From contig CAVXRD010000002.1 of NCBI GenBank assembly GCA_963764165.1, forward strand, positions 1,632,001 through 1,696,000: DNA of 64,000 nt, read 5' to 3'. The stretch comes from an uncultured Verrucomicrobiae bacterium. GTDB lineage: Bacteria > Verrucomicrobiota > Verrucomicrobiia > Limisphaerales > Palsa-1400. The translations under genes were made by a program, and so were the position numbers. The notes under the pieces were generated by a model, which searched no databases, was not told the origin of the DNA, and was given only the letters and a program-made list of their open reading frames with translations. Positions 47,600 through 58,173 of the stretch are shown here, in pieces (the stretch's first letter is position 1; each line of letters opens with the position of its first letter).

Positions 47600-48226
47600 T
47601 TACCGGCGCAGGAATTTTGCCACCGCCTCTGTGCGGGTGCGGACTTGCAGCTTCTCGTAAATGCGCCGGATGTAGGTATGCACGGTCTCGTAGCTGATGC
47701 CCATCTTCTCGGCGATTTCCTTGTAGAGGAAGCCCTGGCTCAAATGATCCAGCACTTCCTGCTCGCGGGCGGACAAGTTTTCCGACGGCTGCGTGGTGGG
47801 CTCGGAGCGCTGGAACGATTGCACCACTTTGCGCGCGATGTGCGTTGTCATCGGCGAGCCGCCGCGGTGGACTTCGCGGATCGCGTCAAGCAATTCCTGG
47901 CGCGGGGCGCGCTTTAAAAGGTAGCCATTCGCGCCGGCGGCGAGGGCGTTGAAAATGTTTTCCGTGTCCTCATACGCTGTCAACATAACTGCGGAAACCG
48001 AGGGCGTGAGCTGCTTCAGCCGGCGCACGCATTCGACGCCGTTGATTCCCGGCAGATTAATGTCCATCAACACCACTTGCGGGTGGTCTTTGGGCAGGCC
48101 TTCCAGCGCGGCCTCGGCGGAGCCATATTGGCTGATGCACGCGAACCCGTCGGCCTTGCTGATCAGGCGGGCGAGCGTGCCCCGCAATTGCTCATTGTCC
48201 TCCACAATGGAAACTTGAATCGGCAT
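47600..48226 (-). CDS. NarL/FixJ-family response regulator
   Basis: Receiver motifs IVEDN, LMDINLPG and GYLLK, and LuxR HTH LSAREQEVL..YKEIAEKMGISYETVHTYIRRIYEKL. Confidence 0.93.
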   Translation of the reverse strand: MPIQVSIVEDNEQLRGTLARLISKADGFACISQYGSAEAALEGLPKDHPQVVLMDINLPGINGVECVRRLKQLTPSVSAVMLTAYEDTENIFNALAAGANGYLLKRAPRQELLDAIREVHRGGSPMTTHIARKVVQSFQRSEPTTQPSENLSAREQEVLDHLSQGFLYKEIAEKMGISYETVHTYIRRIYEKLQVRTRTEAVAKFLRR

Positions 48227-48229
48227 ACG

Positions 48230-51200
48230 TCACTTTCTAGCCAGCGGAACCGTCAGCGCCACCGTGGTCCCGCCTTGCGGCGAGGGCGCGATGTCAAACT
48301 GGCCGCCCACATCTTCCATCCGTTTGCGCATGTTGCGCAATCCATTTCTCGACTCGGCGGCCTTGCCCAGCATCCCGGCCGGGCCCTTTCCATTGTCGGA
48401 AATTTCCACGATGAATTTGTCCGGCTCCAGCCGCAGGCGAATCGAGGCTTCAGTCGCGCCGGAATGTTTGACGATGTTGGTGACGGATTCCTTCGCGGCC
48501 AGGAAAACGTTGTGACGCGCTTCCGGCGAAATATCCAACTTGGGCAGTTGGGACGGCGCATCCAGCCGGTAGCGCACCCCCGCCACCCGCAAATAATCCT
48601 GGGCGTGCTTGCAAATATAATTGACCAGGCCGTCGAGCGTGTCGTTGGAGGGATTGACCGTCCAGACGATTTCATCCAGCGCGTGGTGGGTGTCGCGCGC
48701 GGTTTGTGTGATTTGGCGGGCGTGCTCGCCGACTTCGCTGGCATCCTCTTTGTCGGCTTCGACCATTTCGCCGAGCAGCGCCAGTTGCGTCATGCTGGCG
48801 CCGACCTGGTCGTGGATGTCGCGGGCGATGCGGGCCCGCTCTTTTTCCAGCGCCTGCTGCTGGCGCAAATTGGCCACCTGCCGATGCAGCCGCTGAGTGG
48901 AGATGAAATAGACCGCGCCCGCCAGCAAAATGACGATCACAAAGACCACCACCGCCCGAAATGAGCGCGTCTGCCAGAAGAACGGGAGAATGGAAACGGA
49001 AAGGCTTGCGCCGGAGTCATTCCAGACGCCGTCTTCGTTGCAGGCTTGCACTTGGAATCGGTAATCGCCGGGCCGCAGAGTTTCGTAGCGAACGGAGCGC
49101 CGCGAACTCGCCTCGCCCCATTTCGCATCGTCGCTCGAACCGCGGGAAAGGCGGTAGCGGAAGCGGGCGCGATCCGCCGCGCCGAGGTTCAAGCTGGTGT
49201 AATGAATTTCCAATTGCTCGGTTCCGGCGGGCAGCGTCACCGCTTCGATCGGACCCGCGTGCAGGCCGTTGGTGTTTTGCTCCTTGTCGGCGACCAAAAC
49301 TTGTTCGATCACGACGGGGGGCGGGACGGAGTTGGAATGAATCTCCGAAGGCTTCACGTAGACCACGCCGCTATGGGTGGGAAACCACAGCGTGCCATCG
49401 GGCGCCCGGCAAGCCGCCGGTTGCGAGCCGAACGTGCAGGCTGCCGAAGGCAGTCCGTCCCGCCTGTCGAAGCCGCGGCAAAAGACAAATGGATTTGCCC
49501 CGTCGGATTCGCTGAGATCCCTCTTGCGCACGCGCATCAATCCGGCGTTGGACCCAATCCACAAGAATCCCTCGTCGTCTTCCACCAAGTAGTCAATACT
49601 ATTGGCGATGAGACCGTTCTCTGTCCAGAAGTGATGGGTCTTCCCATTCTTGTATCGAATCAATCCGTTGCCCATCGTGCCTATCCACAGCACATCGTCG
49701 GCGTCGACATAGAGGGCGGAGATGTTGTCGCTCGAAACGTCGTCAGGCAAATGGAACGGGGTGATGATCCCGTTATGCATGCGGTTGAGGCCGCCCAATT
49801 CCGTGCCAATCCACAAATCGCCCGTATGATCCTGGGCAATGGCGTGGATGTTGTTGGCGGAAAGCCCGTCGCTGGTGGTGTTCGTGTGCATTTGCTCGCC
49901 GTCCCAATGCAAAAGCCCGGCCTGCGCGCCGATCCATAAGCCACCGGCGCGATCCGCAAACAGCACAGACATATGCGACGAGTTAGTCTCGTATAGGCCG
50001 GAGGGCTGGAAGACTCCTCCGTCCAATTTCCAAAGCCCCGCGCCGCTGACCGGCTGCGCCGCCGCCCAAACGCGCTGCCGAGCATCGACCAGCACCGAAA
50101 ACGGATTGAACTTGCTCATTAAGTCCGGCTGCGAATGGACGGTTTGGACCACGCCGTTTTTCCAAAAGCTGAAATCCCTGTCTTTCATGCTCATCCAAAT
50201 GCGGCCTTGCTTGTCCGGCGAGAGGGATTGCGCCACCGCCCCGCGGGCGAGGACGTTGAATATGCGCGGCCGAACGCGGGCCAGCCCGCCGCCTTCCAGC
50301 CCGGCCCAAAGATTTCCTTCCGCGTCGGGCTGCAATGCGTAAACCGAGGCGCTGGCCAAACCGTTGGTCAGCCCGATGTGGGAAAAATGCCCAGCGCTGT
50401 CAAACCAAAAAATTCCGCGCCCATCCTGCCCGCCGGTTCCGACGATGAGATGCCCCTCAGCGTCTTCGCAAGCGGCTTTGATATTGTCGGCCGCGTCTGC
50501 CCATGGATACATTCCGAAGTTGGCCACGACATTCGTGCCGTTGATCTTGCGAATCGTTCGATCAGCGAGGAGCCAGTAGCCGCCGGACCTGCTGGCCACC
50601 AGGAAATCGAGAGAATTGCGGGCCTCGGGGACAATGCGCGTCGGCAAAGGTGTTCCCGGGCGCACCGCCGCCGCATCCACGGCGGCAAGGCTTCCCACCG
50701 TTCCAATGTAAACATTTCCGGTTTTGTCGGCGATGACGGAGCGGCCGCTGTCAGGCAGGTTCCAAATGTCCATCTGGCCATGGGCAAACCTGCCGAGCTG
50801 CCCGTCTTCCGTCATCATCCACACCGCCCCCGTGGAGTCTTCGCAAATGGATACGAGGTGGCCCTTGGGCCTGCCCTGTCCGATTTTCAAAGGCTCGACC
50901 CGGCCCTGCGAAATCCGCGCCGCGCCCGCGCGGGAAAAGCCAACCCACAGATTGCTGTGGCTGTCCTCGAACAAGCGGAAAATCTGGCTGCTGGGAAGTT
51001 TGGGAGTATTGCTCTCGTCGAAGACGGTGAAGCGGACGCCATCAAAACGAACAATGCCGTTCAAGGTTCCGAGCCACAAATAACCGTCCCGCGTCTGGGT
51101 TATGGCCAGGACGGAATCGTCCAAAAACCCCTGGCCGGTGCCCCACGAGTCAACTGTAAATCGGGAATCGGATGATGGCGGCTGCGCGCTGGCGGAGAGG

Positions 51201-51265
51201 CCGAGCATCGCCGCCATGAAAGCGGCGAGGGTCAGGAGTCCGTGCCAGTGGTTGCGCATCGCCAA
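48230..51265 (-). CDS. Sensor histidine kinase with periplasmic Reg_prop beta-propellers, Y_Y_Y domain and HisKA_3
   Basis: Repeated DxxGxLWxGT blades, YRFQVQACNEDGVW, a TM helix, ERARIARDIHDQVG and DNGKG..GLRNMRKR. Confidence 0.9.
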   Translation of the reverse strand: MAMRNHWHGLLTLAAFMAAMLGLSASAQPPSSDSRFTVDSWGTGQGFLDDSVLAITQTRDGYLWLGTLNGIVRFDGVRFTVFDESNTPKLPSSQIFRLFEDSHSNLWVGFSRAGAARISQGRVEPLKIGQGRPKGHLVSICEDSTGAVWMMTEDGQLGRFAHGQMDIWNLPDSGRSVIADKTGNVYIGTVGSLAAVDAAAVRPGTPLPTRIVPEARNSLDFLVASRSGGYWLLADRTIRKINGTNVVANFGMYPWADAADNIKAACEDAEGHLIVGTGGQDGRGIFWFDSAGHFSHIGLTNGLASASVYALQPDAEGNLWAGLEGGGLARVRPRIFNVLARGAVAQSLSPDKQGRIWMSMKDRDFSFWKNGVVQTVHSQPDLMSKFNPFSVLVDARQRVWAAAQPVSGAGLWKLDGGVFQPSGLYETNSSHMSVLFADRAGGLWIGAQAGLLHWDGEQMHTNTTSDGLSANNIHAIAQDHTGDLWIGTELGGLNRMHNGIITPFHLPDDVSSDNISALYVDADDVLWIGTMGNGLIRYKNGKTHHFWTENGLIANSIDYLVEDDEGFLWIGSNAGLMRVRKRDLSESDGANPFVFCRGFDRRDGLPSAACTFGSQPAACRAPDGTLWFPTHSGVVYVKPSEIHSNSVPPPVVIEQVLVADKEQNTNGLHAGPIEAVTLPAGTEQLEIHYTSLNLGAADRARFRYRLSRGSSDDAKWGEASSRRSVRYETLRPGDYRFQVQACNEDGVWNDSGASLSVSILPFFWQTRSFRAVVVFVIVILLAGAVYFISTQRLHRQVANLRQQQALEKERARIARDIHDQVGASMTQLALLGEMVEADKEDASEVGEHARQITQTARDTHHALDEIVWTVNPSNDTLDGLVNYICKHAQDYLRVAGVRYRLDAPSQLPKLDISPEARHNVFLAAKESVTNIVKHSGATEASIRLRLEPDKFIVEISDNGKGPAGMLGKAAESRNGLRNMRKRMEDVGGQFDIAPSPQGGTTVALTVPLARK

Positions 51266-51319
51266 TCATTATCAGAGATTCGGAAAGTTACTCCAGCCGG
51301 GAATTTGGCCAATTCCATT

Positions 51320-51448
51320 CCGGTAGGGCGAGACTCTGTCGAGCCCATTATGGATATTTGGCGATCCGGAGCGCGAGGCCATGCGATTTGTTCCGTGAAC
51401 GTTCTTTAGAAAATCAAGTCAGGGATCGACAGAGTCTCGCCCCACCGG
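51320..51448. repeat. REPIN, variant of the family inserted in RluA
   Basis: CCGGTAGGGCGAGACTCTGTCGAGCCC ... GGGATCGACAGAGTCTCGCCCCACCGG. Confidence 0.8.
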
Positions 51449-51456
51449 GATTGGGA

Positions 51457-52506
51457 TCAATGCCGCACTGCCGCAAGCCCCGCCTTCGCCCCCTTTTTTT
51501 CGTCCTGGAACGGCACGCCCAATTCATCGCTTAGCCACAAAGCCAAAGCGCGGGCCTGGACCTCCGGCCATCCCCAGTTCACCAGCGGCACCGCAACGCC
51601 TTCAGTGCCCGGAACCTGGCGATAGAGGGCCGTCGCGTAAGAAACATACTGGCCGCTGGGATTTTGGGAGATGTTTTTCTCCAGCAAGACGCCGGTGATT
51701 TCCCGCAGCGGAATTGTCAAAGGAAATGCCCGTCCAGCCTTGGCGGGAACAACGATGGCATTGGCGGAGCGCAGAATGCGAAGGTCGTAAAGGCCCCGCT
51801 GCCATCGCTGCAGCATCCACAGAAAGGTCATTGCCCCGGCGATTCCAACAAAGGCGAGCACGCCATACATGAGAGACAAACCTGGCGCAAAACCCGCCGC
51901 CAAGACCACAGCCATCGCCGCCACAAACGCCGCCGCCCCCGCGCCAAAGAAGCCCGCCGCGATGGGAGTAACATCAGCCAGCCGGACCCGCGTTTCATCT
52001 TTGCCTTGGAAAATGCGGGCGCGGCCGATGCGATTGGGGCCACCAGCCGGCGCCTTGGATCGACCGACGCTATGCCAGATCGCAGCAGTCATCACGTCCA
52101 GTGGCAGCGCGAACACCAGCAGCAGCCAATCGCAGCCGCGCAAGCCGGGCGCCAGAACGGAGTCGGCTGGATCGGCTGGGTCGTAATAGATCTTCTGACG
52201 CGATCCTGGCCGAAACATGTTCGTGACAGCGCGATAGTCGAAGGCGCCGTCGCGCTCATCGTAACGGTATCGATGCCCCGTGTAATCCATGCCGTTGACC
52301 GCGTAACTGTAACTCATGTTGACGCCGCGTTTGACGTATCCGGTTTGCTTAAGGTCACTGCGCATGATCTCGCCGGTGGTGGTGGCAAAATCGTTGGCGA
52401 GCAATTGGTGGAACGACGTTTCGATCACGACGTAATTGCCCGCCAGCAGCACGCCGGTCCAAATGGCCAGCAGCAGCAATGGGTAGGAAAAGGCAATCTT
52501 GCGCAC
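51457..52506 (-). CDS. DUF3592-like membrane protein
   Basis: TTTGEI..YSYAVNG..YDPADPADSVL pattern and several TM helices. Confidence 0.7.
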   Translation of the reverse strand: MRKIAFSYPLLLLAIWTGVLLAGNYVVIETSFHQLLANDFATTTGEIMRSDLKQTGYVKRGVNMSYSYAVNGMDYTGHRYRYDERDGAFDYRAVTNMFRPGSRQKIYYDPADPADSVLAPGLRGCDWLLLVFALPLDVMTAAIWHSVGRSKAPAGGPNRIGRARIFQGKDETRVRLADVTPIAAGFFGAGAAAFVAAMAVVLAAGFAPGLSLMYGVLAFVGIAGAMTFLWMLQRWQRGLYDLRILRSANAIVVPAKAGRAFPLTIPLREITGVLLEKNISQNPSGQYVSYATALYRQVPGTEGVAVPLVNWGWPEVQARALALWLSDELGVPFQDEKKGAKAGLAAVRH

Positions 52507-52547
52507 AACTGAATTTTGCCGCCTCGAGCGGAGAATGGCAACTCACA

Positions 52548-52575
52548 AGGCAGGGGCGCCTTGCCGAGGCATCCC
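52548..52575. repeat. REP unit, GGGACGCCTCGCCGAGGCGTCC family (degenerate)
   Basis: AGGCAGGGGCGCCTTGCCGAGGCATCCC. Confidence 0.6.
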
Positions 52576-52638
52576 TCCCTCGAAGGAGCATGCGCGTGAT
52601 TGACTTCGCGACGCTTTGGCATGATTCGTATAGGACAA

Positions 52639-54186
52639 ATGAAATCAGCCCTCGCTCTATTCTTTTGCGCGTTCATAGGGGCCGCCGCGCAGGGCCAGTC
52701 AGAGGATGGCCCGTTGACGGCTACCTTGCTGGTGAACGCAGCCCAGCCCGGCGCAGTCATCAATCGCAATATTTACGGACAATTTTCGGAGCACCTTGGC
52801 CATTGCATTTATGGCGGGGTGTGGGTCGGCGAGGACAGCCCGATCCCCAACACGCGCGGCATTCGCAATGACGTCGTCGCCGCGCTCAAGGCGCTGAAAG
52901 TGCCGGTGCTGCGCTGGCCGGGCGGATGCTTCGCGGACGAATATCATTGGAAGGACGGCATAGGCCCGCGCGAGAAGCGGCCTTCGATGATCAACACGCA
53001 TTGGGGCGGTGTGACCGAGAACAACGCCTTCGGCACGCACGAGTTCATGGACTTCTGCCAGCAAATCGGCACCGAGCCTTACATTTGCGGCAACGTCGGC
53101 AGCGGAACCGTCCAGGAAATGATGGAGTGGGTCGAATACATAACGTCCGACGCGCAGTCTCCCATGGCCGATCTCCGCCGGAAAAATGGCCGCAACGAGC
53201 CGTGGAAACTTCCTTATTTCGGAGTGGGCAATGAAAGCTGGGGTTGCGGCGGGGATATGCCGCCTGATTTTTACGCGCAGAATTTTCTGCGCTACAACAC
53301 GTTTGTCAAAAATTACCCGGGCAACTCCGTTTACCGCATCGCGTGCGGCGCAAATGGCGGCGATTACAAATGGACGGAAACCGTGATGTCCATCGCGGGC
53401 CACCGGCTGGACGGCTTGTCGCTGCATTTTTATTGCGGCACCGGGCGCGCGAGCCGTTCGGCCACGAACTTCGCGGAGGTGGATTGGATTTCGCTGTTGG
53501 GAAGCGCCGCCCATATGGAAGATTTGGTCACGCGCCATTCGCTGATCATGGATAAATACGACCCGCAGCGAAAAGTTGGCCTGATGGTGGACGAATGGGG
53601 GACGTGGCACGAAGTCGAGGCCGGCACGAATCCCGGTTTTCTATTCCAGCAAAACACGCTGCGAGACGCCATGGTGGCCGGAATCACTTTGAACATCTTC
53701 AACCGCCATTGTGATCGCGTGCGCATGGCGAACATCGCGCAGCTCGTCAACGTCCTCCAAGCCATGATTCTGACGGACAATGAGAAAATGGTGTTGACAC
53801 CGACTTATTACGTTTTCCAAATGTATAACGTCCATCAGGACGCAACACTGCTGCCCGCCACCATCAATACGCCTGATTACAAACTTGGAAAAGATACGAT
53901 CCGCGCGGTTTCCGTCTCCGCCTCGCGCGACCGAAACAAGAAAGTCCACATTTCGCTCACGAACGCCGATCCGTATCATCCGGTGAATGTATCCGGCATC
54001 ATGGACGGGATGACCGCGACAAGTGTCAGCGGCCAGGTTCTCACCGCGCCGGCCATTAATTCTTGCAATACCTTCGGAGCGCCCGAAGCAGTCCATCCCA
54101 CAAAATTGGAGGGCGCGAAAATGGTTGACGGAAAACTCGCGGTCACGCTCCCGCCGAAATCCATCGTGGTGCTCGAGTTGGAATGA
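52639..54186 (+). CDS. abfA: Exported alpha-L-arabinofuranosidase, GH51
   Basis: [27 protein letters not shown] (acid/base Glu), DEWGTW (nucleophile) and [11 protein letters not shown]; signal peptide. Confidence 0.92.
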   Translation: MKSALALFFCAFIGAAAQGQSEDGPLTATLLVNAAQPGAVINRNIYGQFSEHLGHCIYGGVWVGEDSPIPNTRGIRNDVVAALKALKVPVLRWPGGCFADEYHWKDGIGPREKRPSMINTHWGGVTENNAFGTHEFMDFCQQIGTEPYICGNVGSGTVQEMMEWVEYITSDAQSPMADLRRKNGRNEPWKLPYFGVGNESWGCGGDMPPDFYAQNFLRYNTFVKNYPGNSVYRIACGANGGDYKWTETVMSIAGHRLDGLSLHFYCGTGRASRSATNFAEVDWISLLGSAAHMEDLVTRHSLIMDKYDPQRKVGLMVDEWGTWHEVEAGTNPGFLFQQNTLRDAMVAGITLNIFNRHCDRVRMANIAQLVNVLQAMILTDNEKMVLTPTYYVFQMYNVHQDATLLPATINTPDYKLGKDTIRAVSVSASRDRNKKVHISLTNADPYHPVNVSGIMDGMTATSVSGQVLTAPAINSCNTFGAPEAVHPTKLEGAKMVDGKLAVTLPPKSIVVLELE

Positions 54187-54211
54187 TGCAGCGCGCGCCG
54201 GGGCCATTTTT

Positions 54212-54277
54212 AACAGAAGATAACGAAGGGAACGAAGATCTGAATTTCCTACTTCATTACCTTTGTTGCCTTCTGTT
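54212..54277. repeat. Imperfect purine/pyrimidine-skewed inverted repeat (REP-like)
   Basis: AACAGAAGATAACGAAGGGAACGAAG ... CTTCATTACCTTTGTTGCCTTCTGTT. Confidence 0.65.
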
Positions 54278-54375
54278 GGATTCCTCATGCCTCGACGCAA
54301 GATCGAGGGGCGCCGATTAAACTGCATCCGGCAAATTAACTTGCGCACGGGCTGGGTCGTTCGCAGGTTGAACGG

Positions 54376-56997
54376 GTGTTGGATTTCCGCAACGTTGTCC
54401 TTGCAGGCCTTTTGATTCTCGCCACGAACGGTCGCGGGCAAAGCGCCACGCCGCCCGCTAGACTTCCCGGAATTCAGCCAGACGGATCAGTCTTGCTGCA
54501 CAACCAATGGTCGGTTCATCCGGCCGGAACGCAAATCGATCTCGGCAATTGTTTTCCCGTCAATCTCGCCATCGAACCGAAAGGCCGTTACGCCGTGGCT
54601 CTGCTGGCCGGCTACACGCAGCACGAAATTCTGGCGGTGGACTTGAAGAGCGGCGCGGTCACCAGCCGGATTCCATTGAGTCAAACCTATTATGGCCTGG
54701 CCCTGTCGGATGATGGGAACACCGTTTATTGCAGCGGCGGCGGGGATGAAGTGGTGCATCGATTTTCGCTCGCGAATGGCCAATTATCAAATGCAGTGGA
54801 GATTCGCATCCACGACCGCACTCTGCGCGCGGTGCCGTGCGGGCTGGCGGTGGATCATGCGCAGGAAAAACTCTTCGTGGCGGACGTCCTCGGAGACAGC
54901 GTGGCGGAAGTGGCTTTGGGCGCGAATCCGACGACTTTGGACATTGATGTCGGCACAAAGCCCTCTCGCGAAGCGATGAAACCCGCCCTTCCCCTCAAGG
55001 ATTTTGAGTCCGTCGCCGCAGGCCAGCGATGGGAAGCGGGATCCTATGGCAAAGGCTCCATTTTTTCATTCATGGCCAAGGAGGTTCTGGCCGATTTGCG
55101 CACGGAGGTCGGATACTATGGTTACGATCCCGCTGACTCTTATCCCTACGCCTGCTGCCTGGACGAAAAACGCCAGCGCCTCTACGTGAGCTTGTGGGCG
55201 CAATCGTCCGTCAGCGTCATTGATCTAAAGACGGGCAAAGTTTCGGCTCGCTGGACGGCGGAGGATCATCCGTGCGAAATGGCGCTGACCCGCTCGGGAA
55301 AAATCCTTTACGTCGCCAACGCCAACCGAAACACGGTTACTGTATTTGACACGGAAACGGGAAAGGTGTCCGAGACAATTTGGGCCGCGTTTTATCCGGA
55401 CGCCCCGCCGGGTTCAACGCCCAACAGCGTTGCGCTCTCGCCGGATGAAAAAACATTGTTCGTGGCCAATGCCAACGTGAACGCCGTGGCCGTGTTTGAT
55501 GTAAGAACCCGCGGGAAGGCTGCCGCGAATGGTTTTATACCTGTGGGTTGGTATCCAACTTCCGTGCGCGTCACGCCCGATGGCCGCCGCTTGATCGTGG
55601 CCAACGGAAAGGGCGCGACTGCCAAATCCAACCTCACAAAATCGCTCGGGCGCGAATACATCGCGACGCTGTATCAAGGGACCTTGAGCGTGGTTGATCT
55701 GCCCGACCGCAAACATTGGGACGAGCAAATGGCCGCGTGGACGCGCGTCGCTTATGCCTGCTCGCCGTTGAAACCATCGGCATCGGTCACGGTGGCGCCG
55801 CTTCCAGGAAATCCTATTCCCGCAAAAGTCGGCGACCCCAGCCCGATCAAATATGTCATCTACATCATCAAGGAGAACAGAACCTACGATCAGGTTCTTG
55901 GAGACATGCCGCAAGGCAATGGCGATGCGCGTGTGTGCCTGTTCCCCGACAGCGTCACGCCGAATCATCACAAGCTGGCGCGGGATTTCGTGCTGCTCGA
56001 CAATTTCTACGCCGACGCCGAAGTCAGCGCGTCCGGCCACGAATGGAGCATGGGCGCTTATTGCGACGATTTTGTGGAGAAGACGTGGCCGCAGAATTAC
56101 GGGCACAATGGAGATGGAAAATTTCCGTTCCCAGGCGAAGGCCATTTCGCAATCGCCACGCCATCCTCCGGTTACCTGTGGGATCGCGCTCGCGAAGCCG
56201 GGATAAGCTATGTGAGCTATGGCGAATTCGTAAGCTACGACCAGCCTTTGGGCAAGCCGGCGCGCCCGCGTGTCAAGTCATTGCAAGGCCACATTGATCC
56301 CATGTATCGCGGATTCGATTTGGCTTATAGCGATTTGAGCCGCGCGGATCGCTTCATCTCGGAATTCAAGCGCCTCGATGCCGCCGATCAAATGCCGCGC
56401 CTGCAAATCGTTCGCTTGCCGAACGACCACACCCACGGCGCGACGCCAACCTTTCCCACGCCATCCGCTTATCTCGGGCAAAACGATTTGGCGCTTGCCC
56501 GCATAGTGGAGGCCGTGAGCCACTCGCGTCTCTGGGCGCAAACGGCGATTTTCGCGGTGGAAGACGACGCGCAAAACGGCTCTGACCACGTCGACGCCCA
56601 TCGCACGGTGGCATTGGTCGCCAGCCCCTACGCCAAACGCGGCGTGACAGATTCCACCATGTATTCCACCACGAGTATGCTGCGCACGATCGAACTCATC
56701 CTCGGTTTGCAGCCGATGTCCCAATTCGACGCGGCCGCCACACCGATGTATGCCACCTTCCAAGCCCATCCTGACCTTCGGCCCTATGAACTCGCGCCGC
56801 CGACGATGGATCTGGAACAAAAGAACCGTATAAGCGCATGGGGCGGAACGATCAAAATGAACTTCGCGGTGGAAGACGCTGCCGATGATTATTTGCTAAA
56901 CGAGATAGTCTGGAAATCCGTGCGGGGCGCAAAATCGGCAATGCCAGCACCCATCCATGCCGCCTTCGTCTACGGGCACAAGGATGATAATGATTAG
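54376..56997 (+). CDS. Exported YncE/YVTN beta-propeller plus phosphoesterase (alkaline phosphatase superfamily) protein
   Basis: LYVAN..NTVTVFD and IPVGWYP propeller repeats, then YIIKENRTYDQVLGD, LPNDHT and EDDAQNGSDHVDAHR. Confidence 0.85.
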   Translation: MLDFRNVVLAGLLILATNGRGQSATPPARLPGIQPDGSVLLHNQWSVHPAGTQIDLGNCFPVNLAIEPKGRYAVALLAGYTQHEILAVDLKSGAVTSRIPLSQTYYGLALSDDGNTVYCSGGGDEVVHRFSLANGQLSNAVEIRIHDRTLRAVPCGLAVDHAQEKLFVADVLGDSVAEVALGANPTTLDIDVGTKPSREAMKPALPLKDFESVAAGQRWEAGSYGKGSIFSFMAKEVLADLRTEVGYYGYDPADSYPYACCLDEKRQRLYVSLWAQSSVSVIDLKTGKVSARWTAEDHPCEMALTRSGKILYVANANRNTVTVFDTETGKVSETIWAAFYPDAPPGSTPNSVALSPDEKTLFVANANVNAVAVFDVRTRGKAAANGFIPVGWYPTSVRVTPDGRRLIVANGKGATAKSNLTKSLGREYIATLYQGTLSVVDLPDRKHWDEQMAAWTRVAYACSPLKPSASVTVAPLPGNPIPAKVGDPSPIKYVIYIIKENRTYDQVLGDMPQGNGDARVCLFPDSVTPNHHKLARDFVLLDNFYADAEVSASGHEWSMGAYCDDFVEKTWPQNYGHNGDGKFPFPGEGHFAIATPSSGYLWDRAREAGISYVSYGEFVSYDQPLGKPARPRVKSLQGHIDPMYRGFDLAYSDLSRADRFISEFKRLDAADQMPRLQIVRLPNDHTHGATPTFPTPSAYLGQNDLALARIVEAVSHSRLWAQTAIFAVEDDAQNGSDHVDAHRTVALVASPYAKRGVTDSTMYSTTSMLRTIELILGLQPMSQFDAAATPMYATFQAHPDLRPYELAPPTMDLEQKNRISAWGGTIKMNFAVEDAADDYLLNEIVWKSVRGAKSAMPAPIHAAFVYGHKDDND

Positions 56998-57048
56998 CTG
57001 TTGGTCAATTGGCTTGATATAATCCGCGTTCTTTCTACAGTGCATACG

Positions 57049-57648
57049 GTGAATCGAAAGGCACGCCAGTTTTGCCTGTGGGGAGCCATTCTGGCTCTCT
57101 GCGCCGTAGCGTTTTCTTCGAAGTCCTTTGCCAGCGGGGAGCAGGCCACGGCGGCGGATCTTCTTCGCAAGGGCGTGAAGGTCAACCATGTGTCAATTCC
57201 CATCTACGACAAAGGCGCGCGCAACCTCCTGGCGGTCATTCGCGTGGATCATGTTTTCAAAGACTTTGCGCGCCGGGGCATGTTCCACATTGGCATTCTG
57301 CCAATTGAAGTGTTGGACGGAACCACTCTGGAAGTTCAGGAAGGCGCCCGGCCTGCGGAAGTTTTTGAGCAGGTCGAACGATGGCTTGGCGGGGACGCTA
57401 AAAACCTGATCGAATTGCGCAAGGTCAAATTAATTTGCAACGGCAACTCAATTGAAACGGATAGAATCAGCGTGCGCGGCGCTGGCTTGTGGCAATTGGC
57501 CGGGAATGTCTGTTACAGTGATGCGGCGGGAAAGCTTCGGGCTGAACGCGGCTCCTTCCGAGCCATCGGCGAACACGCGGGCCATATCATTCTCGAAGGC
57601 ACTCAGCGCAAGGAGGCGGAATTCTTCGCTGCGCCTCCGGCAAACTGA
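57049..57648 (+). CDS. Hypothetical exported beta-rich protein
   Basis: Signal-like N-terminus; fills the gap between the phosphoesterase and MarR genes. Start is uncertain (57001 or 57049). Confidence 0.55.
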   Translation: MNRKARQFCLWGAILALCAVAFSSKSFASGEQATAADLLRKGVKVNHVSIPIYDKGARNLLAVIRVDHVFKDFARRGMFHIGILPIEVLDGTTLEVQEGARPAEVFEQVERWLGGDAKNLIELRKVKLICNGNSIETDRISVRGAGLWQLAGNVCYSDAAGKLRAERGSFRAIGEHAGHIILEGTQRKEAEFFAAPPAN

Positions 57649-57653
57649 ATCTT

Positions 57654-58166
57654 TCACTTCTCTCTCCCTCTTTCTGATGCCGCAACGCGGCACCGTTCGG
57701 CGACCCATGCCAGATCTTCCAGGAATTCCGCCCTCTTTTTCTCTGGCCAGCCGTACAATACTTCGGATTGCAGACCGAGCGCGATTTCGCGGGCGCGTTC
57801 AAAGACCTCGCGGCCGGCGGGTGTCAGGCGCAGGCGGTAGGCGCGGCGGTCGTGCTCGTGGCGGTCGCGCGTGATCCAGCCCATCGTTTCCATCCGTTCG
57901 ACCAGCGCGCCAATCGTGTTCGGATCGCTGGCGACGAGGCGGTTCAATCCGCTTTGGGTCAAACCCTGCGGCTCGTGCTCGGCTAAATTTCGCAAGGCGG
58001 TGAATTGATCGGGCGTCATCGCGAGGTGGGTGAGCCGCCGGCGGAAGGTTTGGTTCAGGTTGAACCACGCGTGGCGCAGCAAGATCGGCAGGCGCCGCCG
58101 CGAAGGCGCATGAAGGGCTGGAGCGGGCGGTTTGGCGGGAGCGGAAAATTTGGGTCGGCGCGGCAT
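57654..58166 (-). CDS. MarR-family transcriptional regulator
   Basis: MTPDQFTALR, TQSGL..DPNTIGALVERME..GWITR and DRRAYRLRLTPAG. Confidence 0.9.
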   Translation of the reverse strand: MPRRPKFSAPAKPPAPALHAPSRRRLPILLRHAWFNLNQTFRRRLTHLAMTPDQFTALRNLAEHEPQGLTQSGLNRLVASDPNTIGALVERMETMGWITRDRHEHDRRAYRLRLTPAGREVFERAREIALGLQSEVLYGWPEKKRAEFLEDLAWVAERCRVAASERGREK

Positions 58167-58173
58167 GTGAGGA

